Shown piece after piece: positions 53,090-64,000 of a stretch of 64,000 bases of DNA; within the stretch, counting starts at the first letter, position 1; each line of letters starts with the position of its first letter. The stretch is from positions 96,968,001-97,032,000 of the forward strand of contig OZ336878.1 in the NCBI GenBank assembly GCA_965287045.1, in the 5' to 3' direction. A program made the position numbers and the translations under genes. The notes under the pieces were generated by a model. That model did no database searches and was not told the origin of the DNA. It saw only the letters and a program-made list of their open reading frames with translations. The DNA comes from Carcharhinus amblyrhynchos (Eukaryota).

Positions 53090-53936
53090 GGTCACTCATG
53101 GCTTTCTGCTGTTATTCGTTCCTAAGTAAACCATACGTCCAATGAAGGACAGCGCCCTCCCTCTCGACCAGGTTATTACAGGGGACCAGTTTCAGCTTTC
53201 ATTCCGTTGGCTGCTGACTGAAAATCTGTATCAATAATGACCCGTTCAGATGGAAACTCATTTTCTACCTCGCCACCCATCCTTCCAGAATTGTTCAGAA
53301 CATCTAGCATGTTTTGTCGCCTGCGCATGTGACGCATGGATTTTTTTTTCTGGCCATCAGTTACTTCAAGGCATAGAAGTGTTCGGAGTGATAAATGCAT
53401 TTTACAATCATTTGTCTTAGTGGTGCAATTAAAGGTCATGGGCAAGACTTGGATGATCCCCGCCTCACCAGCAAGGCATCGTCACATATCTTCCAGCTTT
53501 ATTTGCACGAACTATCTAAATACAGTGAACGTTCGAAATCTAAACGAAAAGCAAAAGCTCCTGAGGTAGACTGAAAACCAGGAAGCAGTTTTCAAAAGAG
53601 GGACAGATTTCAGGACGATCTGAAAACGAAGTTAACTGCCGCCAAAGGCAGTAAGCCTTTGGTTTCATTAAGGAATCAGGTTTGGATTTGTCTGTGATTT
53701 TAGCGGGAATGAATTAATCACCAATCATCATATCACCTATAGCAACAAGTTCTCAAATTCAAGACTGTTCTGAAAAAGAAAGAAAGGATGGGACAGAAAA
53801 CAATGAACAACTGGTCATTTAGAACAAATTTTGTACAGGAAAAATATTCGTAACCATTATTAAGAGATGTTATAGCAAGCACTAGGGAAAGTTCAAGGTT
53901 ATCTTTTGTGAAAGGGAAAACATTTTTGCTAAAAAA

Positions 53937-54850
53937 GTACCAGCCCTGTCTTTGTATCGCCTGGTGCGCAGGATTCAATCCGTCACGATGTAATTGGAGG
54001 AAGGCTGGGTTATTCGATCGATATTAGGCATGCCGTTATCTGCAAGGAAAGCTTCGAACTTCCTGTTCGCATATTCTTGGGCTCCTTCTCCTCTTTTCGG
54101 GTGATCCCCACGATGGCATTCCAATTTACGGGGATTTGACCTAGGGTATCAGTTACGTCAGCCTTACAAGTCAGGAAGTCTTGCTTCTGATGGTGGGCGT
54201 TTGCACACCAAGTTCCACCCTAGTGGGCAGCCTGCAATCGCAGCCAGTAATTTTCAGGCATTTTTGTTCTAATTAGCCTCGAATACCCCAATTATGAAGG
54301 TGATGGCAGATTCTTTGAGTTTCTGCCAGAAAACTGCGTTACCACTGTGATGCTTTAATACAGGCAATTTATCCAGCAATGCCATAATCTCCCCAGGGGA
54401 TAGGGAGATATATGTCATCCTCATTTTAGGTGACTATTCCCCGTATTCTCTGTTGGGCAGAAATCGCTGGATGTATCCAATCTTCACAGGGGCAGCTGTA
54501 ATCTGAGTTTCTAGGTCATAAGGTGGCGGGACGTCCCCGTCCCTCCCTAAACCTTGACTGAGCATCTATAACGTCTTGGTTGTCCAATTTACATCCTCGA
54601 TATAGACAGAGAGCTCGGGATTTGTTCCATGAGTGTTGGCAACATCGTCTGTGCTGTCATAACTGGCAGTTGTTGATTTCTACTGTTAACATACGCATTT
54701 ACCTTTTCTGTCAGAACTACATGGGCACAAAGTATTAAAGCTAATGCCTTTTCATCCTGTTCTTTCTTTTCGCCTTCCACACTCCCTCTGATTTTCTGGG
54801 GGATCTTGGGGCTTCCAACTTGATTTGATTATTTTGTCAATAACTGTCAT
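53937..54850 (-). pseudogene. gag: Retroviral gag remnant (stops and frameshifts; 3' truncated)
   Basis: Manual translation: VPPPYD late domain (54518-54529), TYISLSPGEIMALLDKLP, MHR-like IPVNWNAIVGIT..RGEGAQEYANRKFEAF, FLQLHRDGL. Confidence 0.75.
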
Positions 54851-55230
54851 TTTTTTCTCCGCGGATCACGGAGCCTTCTGGCCCCCATTTGAGCTCCCTT
54901 TCTTCACTTGTCAAGATTGGGTGGGACTAAAACTGTTAAACATCCACTTTCAGAGGTTCACGTTTACGTCCACGCTACTTGTAATGGGCACGTCTCTAGG
55001 TTAACTGTCTGTCACACGCCAGTTACTTATTTTAACACAGTAAACAATTCCTGACAATGCCTGCGTTCCTCAACGAACTACCCACAGCCGTTTTGACTGT
55101 TGACTAGACCCTATTCTCAAGTTCGGAAATTCGTCAGCCGCCGAACTTCACCCGCGTCCTGGGATAAGTCTATACGTGTAATGAGTAAATACACTCACCC
55201 AGTTCTCTGCTGGTATTGGTCGACCGAGGA

Positions 55231-55248
55231 ATCCGAGTCACAGCACCA
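55231..55248 (-). promoter_or_regulatory. Primer-binding site complementary to the tRNA-His 3' end
   Basis: + strand atccgagtcacagcacca matches the last 18 nt of mature tRNA-His including CCA (17/18 to canonical). Confidence 0.92.
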
Positions 55249-55251
55249 AAC

Positions 55252-56014
55252 TGTTAGCGGGAGAGTGTTTCAAAGAAATCACATAACGCTCAGGGTTGGC
55301 ACTCGCAGCAAACGGTTTATTTTCGCCTGCGGGGAGATAGCTTCTGTCAAACCCAGTGCCTCTCTCCGACGAACAAAGGAAAAATATACATTCTTATACA
55401 TTTTTCAAACACCTACACCGTCCATCGCGGCTGGACCTTGTCCAATTATATTGATTACAGATTGCATACTGCAGTCACATATTCAATGAAGAATGTATTA
55501 TGTTAGAAGGGCTTGTGCATGATCAGCTCGTGGTCTCGTGTACACGACTCTTGGTACCTCATCAATATTATCTTCCTTTCTCCCATCTGGAGTCCTTGAG
55601 TGTACAATACTCCTTGTCCAGTAGGCCTCCTTATCATCTCCCATGACTATCCTCCCTAGTCCTCCGTGTCTGGTTTTCACCCAAGACCTCAGATCGTAAA
55701 CTGGTACCAATCAATAGTCCCTGTGGTCTATTGTGCACAAGTTTGTACTCAAGGCAGCTAGTAGTGTTCAGGAATGTGGCTAGCATCCATCTTGCGTCAT
55801 TTTATTATCCTGAGTTCCTGTTATCATGTTGGAGTTTTCATGCATGTCCTTTGTGATTGTATAACGATAAATTCATACACGTTTATTATATATTATTCAT
55901 TCCTGCCAATATAAATTGGTATGCAGGTACCATTTCATATAAATAGCTGTGCAGGCGCCTCCACCAAGGATATTGTTCCGTCTAAACCTACTCCTTAAAT
56001 CTGTGTCTTCAACA
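55252..56014 (-). repeat. Retroviral 5' LTR (outer boundary uncertain)
   Basis: TGTT...AACA termini candidate; minus-strand AATAAA at 55316-55321 and TATAA at about 55394-55398. Confidence 0.6.
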
Positions 56015-57169
56015 CCTGGTTACAGAAGACGCTTCAGTAAGGGTCAAATTGGATGTCCCCAAAGGGTCACTGCCAAGCTGAATATACAAGCGTTCCTGCA
56101 TCCGTGGTCATATCTATACTGCGTCTGGGCAGTGACGGAACCTTTTCATTATCTTGCAAAATGTGTTCCCTCATTAGAATTTCCAGATTTGAATTCTGCT
56201 AGTGAATATATTTCCAGGCATTTGGCTTTAAACTTTTTACCGTTCCCAAAGCGTCTTTCATAATTTGCATTGGTCAAATTGTCCATTCACAGAAAGACGT
56301 CTGGCATACATTTGGAATATCAATTTGTATGTTTTGAAATCATGGCAACTTGTTTATTCTTCTTGCTGCATCTACATGTAAGTATTTTATCATTTAAGTA
56401 TTTGCTGTTAGCTCTGTCAGTACCTATGCGCCATCCTAAACCAAAGATAAATGTAAAATAATCGCTTTCATGCGTTATGTTAATTCTGAAGGTTTTTCAC
56501 AGGACCCAAAAGCTCTTCTAAATATCTCATTTTCCATCACTATATTTATTGATTCAATCATTTGTCATTCAGTTCACTCGCACAATTTCACAGATAAGTT
56601 TTCAGACCAATGCTCTGTAATGCTAAGTGAACAATCGAGTTATATTTGCAAAATACATGTTGGTTGGCACTCGGATGTTTTCAGCTAGTGCTCATGAGCA
56701 CCAGCTGAAAACGTCTGAGTGCAAAATCAACATCCATTTTGCTAGTATAACTCAATTGTTCACTTAGCATTACAGTAAAGACGGGTGGTGGAAATCATCT
56801 CAAATGAAAAAAAAGATTTTGTGGAACCTTTGACTCAAAACGTCAACTCGATTTCTTTCTCCACAGATGTCGACAGACCGTAATGCTGTTGCAGGAATTT
56901 GTACTTTAACGTCAATTTACAATACTAGTTCCTAGTAAAATGTTGCACCGTCATTACGTCAAGGCCCTTCCAGCAATTTGACCGTGCTGACTCAGAAACA
57001 TCGAGATATCCCAGTTCAAATAGTTCAAAGCACATGGTGCGAAACGCTTCCGTGCAGCGCCAGAAACAGAGATGCCAACCAACAAACTCCACGGTGTTAC
57101 CGAAGTGTGAGATCATGCAGTCACAAGTAAATGAGGATAGAATGATAGGAGCGAAGTAAAGGGGCAAGA

Positions 57170-57790
57170 AAAGGAATAATACAATACCGAGCACGTCATT
57201 CAGGCCGCGATACTGCATCAATTCCTAATCATTATTCAGACCCACTCTGTACTGTCGATGCGAGGTTTCTTTCTCTCTGTTCTCCTCCCGACCATGTGTC
57301 TATCAAGATACCCTTGAACGTTGCGATCATTGCTGCTTCCACTACCTCCACTGGCAATGCGTACCGGGCTCCCACCATCGCCTGTGCGAAAACTTTGCTC
57401 CAATGTGTTCCCGAAACGATCCCCTCACACCTTTAAACTTTTGTAGTTGACTTTTACGCACAAAGAAGATGCCTGAACCTGTTCCCTCTCTTATTGAGCA
57501 TTCCACCATGGGGCGCGGAGAAGGGGGTGGGGGTGGGCGAAACTTCCCACTATCCATCCGAATTTTGCAGACCTCGATGAGGTCACCCCTCACCCTCCGT
57601 CTTTCACGTGATAGCAAATCGAGTTTATTCCATCTCTTCTCATATCTAAAACCCTCCGACAAGGCCACGCTCTGGTACATCTTCTTTGTACCCACTCCAA
57701 AGCATTTTCGTCCTTCTGGTACTGCGAGAACTGAACTGCACGCAATAGTCCAATTTTCCAATTGTCCTATTTAAAGTTTTATACCGCTAT
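57170..57790 (-). mobile_element. Decayed CR1-like LINE 3' part
   Basis: ORF 57342-57761: YEKRWNKLDLLSRERRRVRGDLIEVCKI. Confidence 0.75.
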
Positions 57791-58030
57791 AACAGAAGAG
57801 AGTTAAAAGTTTGGGGGGGGGGGGGGGTGGCGGGGTGGTGTTGGTGATGGGCCTGTGGAGGGAGGTGGAATCTGGTAGAAATTGTGCGTTTGAATTCTGG
57901 ACCTTCACAGACATGTAAGAAAGAATTATATATATATACATATGTCGGATTGAGAGTTTTGCGTCCAAGAAAATAAATCATGTTTCCTTCGAGCATGAGC
58001 TGCAGGAACCCAAATATTTATTCCTGCTAG

Positions 58031-58104
58031 TGCCGGAACCGCTATTCGAATTGAGTTTGCAGAGACGACAAGGACAGAATACTAACCCACCAGAACATTA
58101 CGGA
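58031..58104 (-). pseudogene. tRNA-His pseudogene (very decayed)
   Basis: tgccgg...attcgaa...cagaatactaaccc at the unit position. Confidence 0.4.
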
Positions 58105-58849
58105 GCCACACAGCGCTCTCTGCAATGGGACTAGCCGAATAAACCAATACGGCCAATGAGTCCCGCAAGTGAAGGATGGCGCTCTCCTCGGCACTTTTTC
58201 ACGGAAGAATAATTTCAGCTTTTAACCCATTTTCTGCTGAGAGAAAACTTGTCATTCTAATGATTTGTTTAGACGGAAACTCATTTTCTAACTATCCACG
58301 TATCCTTCCAGAATTGTTTAGTGTTTTCAGCATGTTTTGTTATTAATGCATGTTGCATATGGCAGAGTTTTCCTGGTCAACTGCTGCTCTGCACAAGACG
58401 TAGAATTGAGTGGCGAGATAAATGCGTTACGCAATCATTCCTCTTAGTGACGCAAATAGTTTGTTTTTAATAGTTGTGGAACTTATGAATGCGAGTGTTC
58501 AAAGACCGTGGGGACGATTCGGACTGATTCTTAATTCCCAGCCGCCACCCACCTACCCTTTCAAGCAGCTCCACTCCGCACTGCACTCCGCCCTTCGCGT
58601 TGAAAGACTTCGTTAGATGTTCTGAAGTACAAATACCGCGGATAGTTTATACAAACTGTCTAAATACCGCGGATGTTGGAAACCTGAACGATAAACAGAC
58701 ATTACAGAGGTACACTGCATTTCTTGCAAAAGCTTTGAAAAGATGGTCAGATTTCACGAATTCTCAGCGAACAGATTTAGCTGCCGGCACTAACATAAGC
58801 CTCGCTTTTCATTGAGGAATCTGATTCGGACTTGTCTCTGACCTTAATA

Positions 58850-60190
58850 GAAATTAAAATCATCACAAATCGTCATGTCATCCACACCATCCCGCTCTCA
58901 AATTCATAAAAATGCGAGGAAGGCAGAAAGCAGAAAAGAGCAGATTACTTCGCCTAAAGTCTGCAACGGGAATATGTTAGCAACTAATATTTTAAAATGT
59001 CACAGAATGGAAAGTTCAAGGATATCACGCCTTTCATGAAACGGAACATTTGTTTGATTAATTTATGGGAGGCACATTTGCTTTGAATTAGGAAAGCTGA
59101 TGGATGACCTGTCCTCAGATTTCGAGGAGCCAGGAGCCAACTTGTCGCTGAAAATGCAGTGCCTTGGTGTAGCCGATAACATATTGACCTGGATTGAAGG
59201 TTAGCTAATTAAGCAAAAGCAGTTTTATATATGGCTGACATGATGTGGCCAGCCGTATGGCATATAAATCAACAAGCTTTGTCTTAACATTTTGTCACTT
59301 ATGTTAATGACTTGGTGGAATCGGCTGAAGCTGTGCCTATTCGGTTTGCTCACGAAGCAAAGCTAGGTAGGAAAGTAAGGTGTGAAGAGAACATAAAGGA
59401 TAACACGTTACATGGATGTGCAAAAATCTGGCAAACGGAGTATAATGTGCACAAATCTGTAATGATCCATTATGGAAGGAAGAAAATTAAAGATGATTAT
59501 ACTGTAAGTACCGAGGATGTTCCGTAGCCTGAGTGGCAGATTGATCTGAGTGTCTTCGTGCAGGCATTATAAGAAGCTAATGTGTGGATACAGCAAATAA
59601 TCCTGAAGCGAATAATATGCTCATTGGAATCAGAATTGTTTCCGAATGTAGGGATGTAGAGCCTCAGTTTCAAAGGGGCTATTGTGTAAAGGAACGGTTG
59701 GTTAAATTAAAGAAAGTGTGCATTCTTTAGAATTAGTTCAGTGAAAGTTTTTCAGACTAAGTCCTGGAAAGGGCTGATTTATCGCTGGTAAAGGTGGAGA
59801 GTTTTAATTTAAATCCAGTTCAGTTTAGAAGTCTAAGAGTCGACTTCATCAAAACCGTTAAGATCTTGAGAGGTTTTGACAGGCTGGACACGGAGAGGAG
59901 GGTTCCTTCTGCCGGACAATCTGGGTCGATCGCTTCCTTTTTGAAAATAAGTGGCCGATCATTTAATAAGGATGTGAGGAGATTGTTCATCCTTCAGAGG
60001 ATCGTCAGTCTCTGGAAGGCATATATCAAAGATAGAGCTACAAAAATCCTTGTTATAAGAGAGAGTGAAATGATATCTGGGATAGCCTGGAATGTGGGGT
60101 TGAAGTTACAATCTGATCAGAGTTAACCTCAGTGAAATTCGGAGCGGCGTCAAGCGGCTGGCTTTGCCCAGTGCTCGTAATTCTTATGTT
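58850..60190 (+). mobile_element. Old decayed CR1-like LINE (paralog of 35580)
   Basis: ORFs 59312 (RFAHEAKLGRKV..WQTEYNV) and 59794 (FRSLRVDFIKTVKILRGFDRLD). Confidence 0.75.
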
Positions 60191-60718
60191 TGTAATCAAA
60201 CAACTTAGTAACTTGAAACCATCTCCTCCGTTCCTCCTATAATTTGACATCAGCAAACGTATATTACAATCCGAAAATTAACTTGTATTCATGACATAAT
60301 CTTTCTCGATCCGTGTTCTGTGTCGATTGTTTGGAGAATTAACTTTGCAAATCAAGTTATCATAACAATAACGAAGAAACTTGTGAAATATACAAAATCG
60401 CATTGTAATCGCCATTCCGAAACCCCTCGAATTTCCTGTGATCTGCTAACAGCTGTGTCAGCTGTGCTAACAGAAGAAACACTGTGGAAAAAAAGTTTTA
60501 CTTCTTCTGCTGGAGATAGTAGAGGTGCATTTGAATTCTGGAGCCTCGGATATACTCAAGGGAATTGAATATGATCGGATAACATGGGCCATTGATTCAG
60601 CGTTTTGCCATCAAAACATGGTTTTTAGCGCATGTGATTCCACTTTGCTGGTTAATTGTTTTCTGTGCTGTTTGAACATGAGCCGCAGGAGGCGTATATT
60701 TTTCAGAAAAAAAATGAA

Positions 60719-60790
60719 TGTCGTGACTCGGATTCGAACGGAGGTTACTGTGGCCACAACGCAGAGTACTAACTACTATACGATCACGGC
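60719..60790 (-). tRNA. tRNA-His(GTG), probably impaired
   Basis: 72-nt match with 5 substitutions (G18, T-stem, anticodon stem, acceptor stem). Confidence 0.6.
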
Positions 60791-61214
60791 GCTACACATT
60801 AACTGCTATAGCAACGACTTCATGTTTCAACCTATACTTTCAACCAGGCCGTCAACAGAAAAACAACTCTCTGGAAAACAACAAAAGCAGAAAATCTGGA
60901 AAATAGCAGCAGGTCTGCCAGTTTCTGAGAGAGATCATTTCGCGTCCTGATCTCCCTTCGTCTCTCCGTGCATCATTCGGTCAGCGTCGGCAAACAAGCA
61001 TATTTCTGTTCTAAGTTCCGATATTTTCTAAAGCAACTTTCTGTTTGTTAAAATAAAGCAGAGTTACCAAAGCTTTTTTTTGGTTGGCTGGAAGTTACCT
61101 TTAATGTACTATAGGGAATAGCGCTGGGGCCTCAACATATGGCAATTGATATTACTGTCTTTGCGTGGTGGCGGTGGTGCGGGCTGGGGGTGCAGGTACG
61201 TGGGATGTTCTCCA

Positions 61215-61384
61215 CGGGAGTAACTATGACTAATTGTTTTGAGGTGAGACCTCTCACTGAGAGCGATCGGTGATATTTGCCGTTGTGATCGTTTTGGCGT
61301 ACTTTTAGCGATCAGAGCGCTAGTTCTGCCTCCTCGGGCCCCGCTGGTAACCTTGGTGCTTTAGGGCCGACGGCTAAATGACCA
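61215..61384 (+). ncRNA. HDV-like self-cleaving ribozyme of the R2 5' UTR (degenerate)
   Basis: P3/L3 gcc-tcctcg-ggc, P1' cccgct, P1.1 gg, P4 ccttggt/gccga(c)gg, J4/2 ctaa (C61374), P2 tagttct/atgacca (5 of 7 pairs). Confidence 0.7.
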
Positions 61385-64000
61385 CTCAGAAAAACTACGT
61401 ATTGGGTGATCTGGCGAGATCTGCGAAAAAAATGAGTGTTTTGCCTAGAAGGCAGGTGACCGGATGGGTTGCGAACCGGACAAACAACAACCCCGCAGAT
61501 GAGTCCGTAACCGCTCTCTGTGAAAAGTTAAAAATGCTAGGTTACACAGTAACTAACTCAAAAGAATTAGTAACAAGATCAGTCTCGACCCAGACGGAAG
61601 GGATGATCTTGAGACGAAATCAACCCGCTGGGCACTATTGAGTGATAGACTCGGGTCCTAGGCCAGAGGAACTTGTCGTCCCAATATGTGCAGAGGAATT
61701 GGCGGTTGTAGATGAGCCGGCTTGGACTGCCCATCCAGCCGAGGAGGTTGAGGTAACTGCTTGTACCTTCTACATCAAGGCCTACCAAACCCAAATTAAA
61801 GGAACAGGAACGATGGCTAACATCGCCAATACCGCAAACAATGGAGGTGCCCAGGATGAAGCCACCTTCATTGAGAAGTAATAATTGAACCATCACAAGA
61901 CCGCTCAGAGGTTAAGGAGGTGGTGATCCACTATCTCACTGATGCGTTGTATTGCAAGCCCTGTAATACCATACTCCCCACGGTTGGTGCGTTTAGAGAC
62001 CACCTCAAAACAGTGTACAAAACCAAGAACATTAAGGCCAAATGTTCTTGATGTGGTAAGTATGGGGAGTTCCACTCTATTGCCTGCCACTACCCGAAAT
62101 GTCAGGGTGAGGGTCGATCCTTGATAGTTGGGCAATATCAGTGCAGTGCTTGTGAGTTGGCCTTCACAACAGAGAATGGACTCAGCCAACACGAGAGACA
62201 CGGTCATCCAGTTCTTCACAATGAGAAACGCGCGAAGAAAGCACTGCCTAAAACCACAACCAAATGGGGTAAAAACATGAGTGTATGGTCCGAGGAGGAG
62301 GAATCACTCCTCAAAGAGCTTGAAAAGAGATTTGCTGGTGCCTGGTTTATAAATAAAGAGATTGCCAGTATTTTAACATCTAAAACTGGCAAGCAAATCT
62401 CAGATAAGCGCAGGTTGCTTGCAATTGCATGCAAAACAGCAAACACTGCAACACGGGCAGATGTTGATGTACATCCGGATTCCGAGCAAGAACAGGAACC
62501 GGAAGAGGCAGATGTCGGGAGCCCAGCCCCGCATGTAAGTATCGCTGGTAAACCTCCGGACCGAGTCCCTAAGTATAGGGACGTGGATGAACACCTGATC
62601 CAGGTGGAGGAGCTCCTGAATGCAAGGAATGATCCCGACAAACATGTCTTAGCAGTGGGTATAGTCGAGAGCATCACTGACCTTCTGATGGACGATGAGA
62701 CAAACAGGCAAAGAAAGAACGGTCTGACGGCAAAGGTACCTAAGAAAGGCACTCGGAAGGTAAGGCACGAGGTCAACAGCGGAGCCAGAAAGTGATGGGC
62801 AAAACAGAAATCCGTTTTCAGAGCAACTCAGCTGCTCTAGAAGAACAACAGGCGCCAGCTGGCCCGTCAAATCACGGGCATGCCGTCACAAATCACTTGT
62901 CCACTATCCATAACTGAACTGGAGGCAAGCTTTTGGGAGAAACTCTCCAGCCAGAACAATAAGGCAAATATAAGCAAAAACACACCATACAGCGGGCAAA
63001 CGGATAAGGGTGAGTTGATGAAGCCGATCACCACAGAAGAGGTTATCCAAGCCATCTAGGGTACTAAGGAGGCAAGTGCACCTGGACCAGATGGTCAAAA
63101 GTTGGAAGACATCCGAGACATCCATGAGGCATATGAGACCCGTATATCTCGCCTCTTCACTCTGTGGTTGGCCTCGAGAACAATCCCGAACTGTATGAAA
63201 CAGAGTTGGACAGTCCTTATCCCAAAGTGCCAGGATAAGGAACGGCTGAAAAGCATTGACAACTGGTGTCCAAATACGATCGGCCCAATGCTGCTACTAC
63301 GCCTCTTTGCCAAGATCACGGCGAAGAGACTGAGTGAGATAGTCGAAATAAACCCATGGCAGAAAGGGTTTTTAGCAGCAACTCCCGGATGCAACGAGAA
63401 CTTCGCAGTGTTGCAAAACATCATGAAGGGAACTAAGAAAAATCACAAGGACCTGGCCATTGTTTTTGTGGACCTGGCAAAAGCGTTCGACTCGGTGGGG
63501 CACAAGCTGGTCATCAGGTCATTACAAAGAACAAAGCTACCAAACGCCTTTGTAGAGCTTATTCAGGACCTCTGCACTGGCAACACAACGGTGGTCGAGG
63601 GCACAAAGTCCAAGACCGCCCCAGTAAACATTGAGAGGGGTGTCAAGCAGGGAGACCCGCTCTCTCCAATATTATTCAACATTCAAATGGATCCACTGAT
63701 ATGTAGTCTCGAAGAGGCGAGATCTGGTGTCAGCATGACGCTAGATGGAGCAAGAGTCAACTGCTCAGCCCTTGCATTTGCGGATGACATTGCCCTGCTT
63801 AGTGATTCATACGTCGGGATGACCCGTAACCTGAAGATTCTCCAGTCTTTTTGCGACTCGACAGGTCTGGCTGTCAGCACCAGCAAGACCAAAGGCTTCC
63901 ACTTTACCTGTAAGAGGAAGACCTTCATATACAATCAATGCAAGAACTGGCAGATTCGGAAGGAAGATATTGCATACATCCCCCCAGGAGAGGCTGAGAA
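61378..64000 (+). pseudogene. R2 ORF (ZnF x3, Myb, reverse transcriptase) with in-frame stops and one frameshift
   Basis: CKPC..DHLKTV(Y), CS*C..CHYPKC, CSAC..HERHGH, Myb WSEEEE..NKEIA..KTGKQISDKRR; RT SAPGPDG, DLAKAFD, GVKQGDPLSP, AFADD (63774-63788). Confidence 0.92.

Larger units (their letters stand above)
53937..56014 (-). mobile_element. Truncated endogenous retrovirus (5' LTR, tRNA-His PBS, leader, decayed gag)
   Basis: LTR end ...ctaaCA, 3 nt, then PBS TGGTGCTGTGACTCGGAT; AATAAA and TATAA in the LTR; Gag-like peptide downstream. Confidence 0.85.
1..61162 (-). repeat. Tandem tRNA-His gene/pseudogene array (about 37 units, 0.8-1.6 kb spacers, interrupted by retroelements)
   Basis: Recurrent + strand motif tgccgtgactcggattcgaaccgagg...gatcacggc (reverse complement of vertebrate tRNA-His-GTG) with recurring spacer motifs (ttgagcatgagcagcag, tttcgcatgacgtgaaa, cagccaatcattcatga, gtagatttcaacaggcaa). 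Confidence 0.95.
61215..64000 (+). mobile_element. R2 non-LTR retrotransposon (clade A), 5'-complete, runs off the window
   Basis: 17-nt 28S target leader, HDV-like ribozyme, three zinc fingers plus Myb, RT domain. Confidence 0.92.

Noticed and set aside
55231-55248. Plus-strand tRNA-His retro-pseudogene with encoded CCA
   Set aside because: The match stops at 18 nt and abuts an LTR end, so it is a PBS.
61215-61231. 28S rRNA gene
   Set aside because: Only 17 nt match; this is the R2 leader and there is no flanking rDNA.

Overview
Non-coding vertebrate DNA, most likely from a cartilaginous fish (inferred from HE1/V-SINE-like, HER1/CR1-like and shark-type Penelope repeats recognised from memory). 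The whole window is one head-to-tail array of about 37 tRNA-His(GTG) genes and pseudogenes, all on the minus strand, in 0.8-1.6 kb spacer units. A young 2.04-kb dimeric higher-order repeat at 21.8-33.3 kb holds most of the intact genes, and older multi-unit segmental duplications surround it. Retroelements are inserted throughout: young and old CR1 LINEs, a Rex/Babar-like 3' end, tRNA-derived SINEs and Penelope-like elements with hammerhead-ribozyme-like inverted pLTRs. Two stand out. The first is a truncated endogenous retrovirus (LTR, PBS, decayed gag with PPPY) whose primer-binding site is complementary to tRNA-His, the RNA the array encodes. The second is a 5'-complete R2 (clade A) retrotransposon outside rDNA that still carries its 28S-derived leader and HDV-like ribozyme fold. 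No host protein-coding gene is supported. All alignments were made by eye, so boundaries of degenerate features are approximate.
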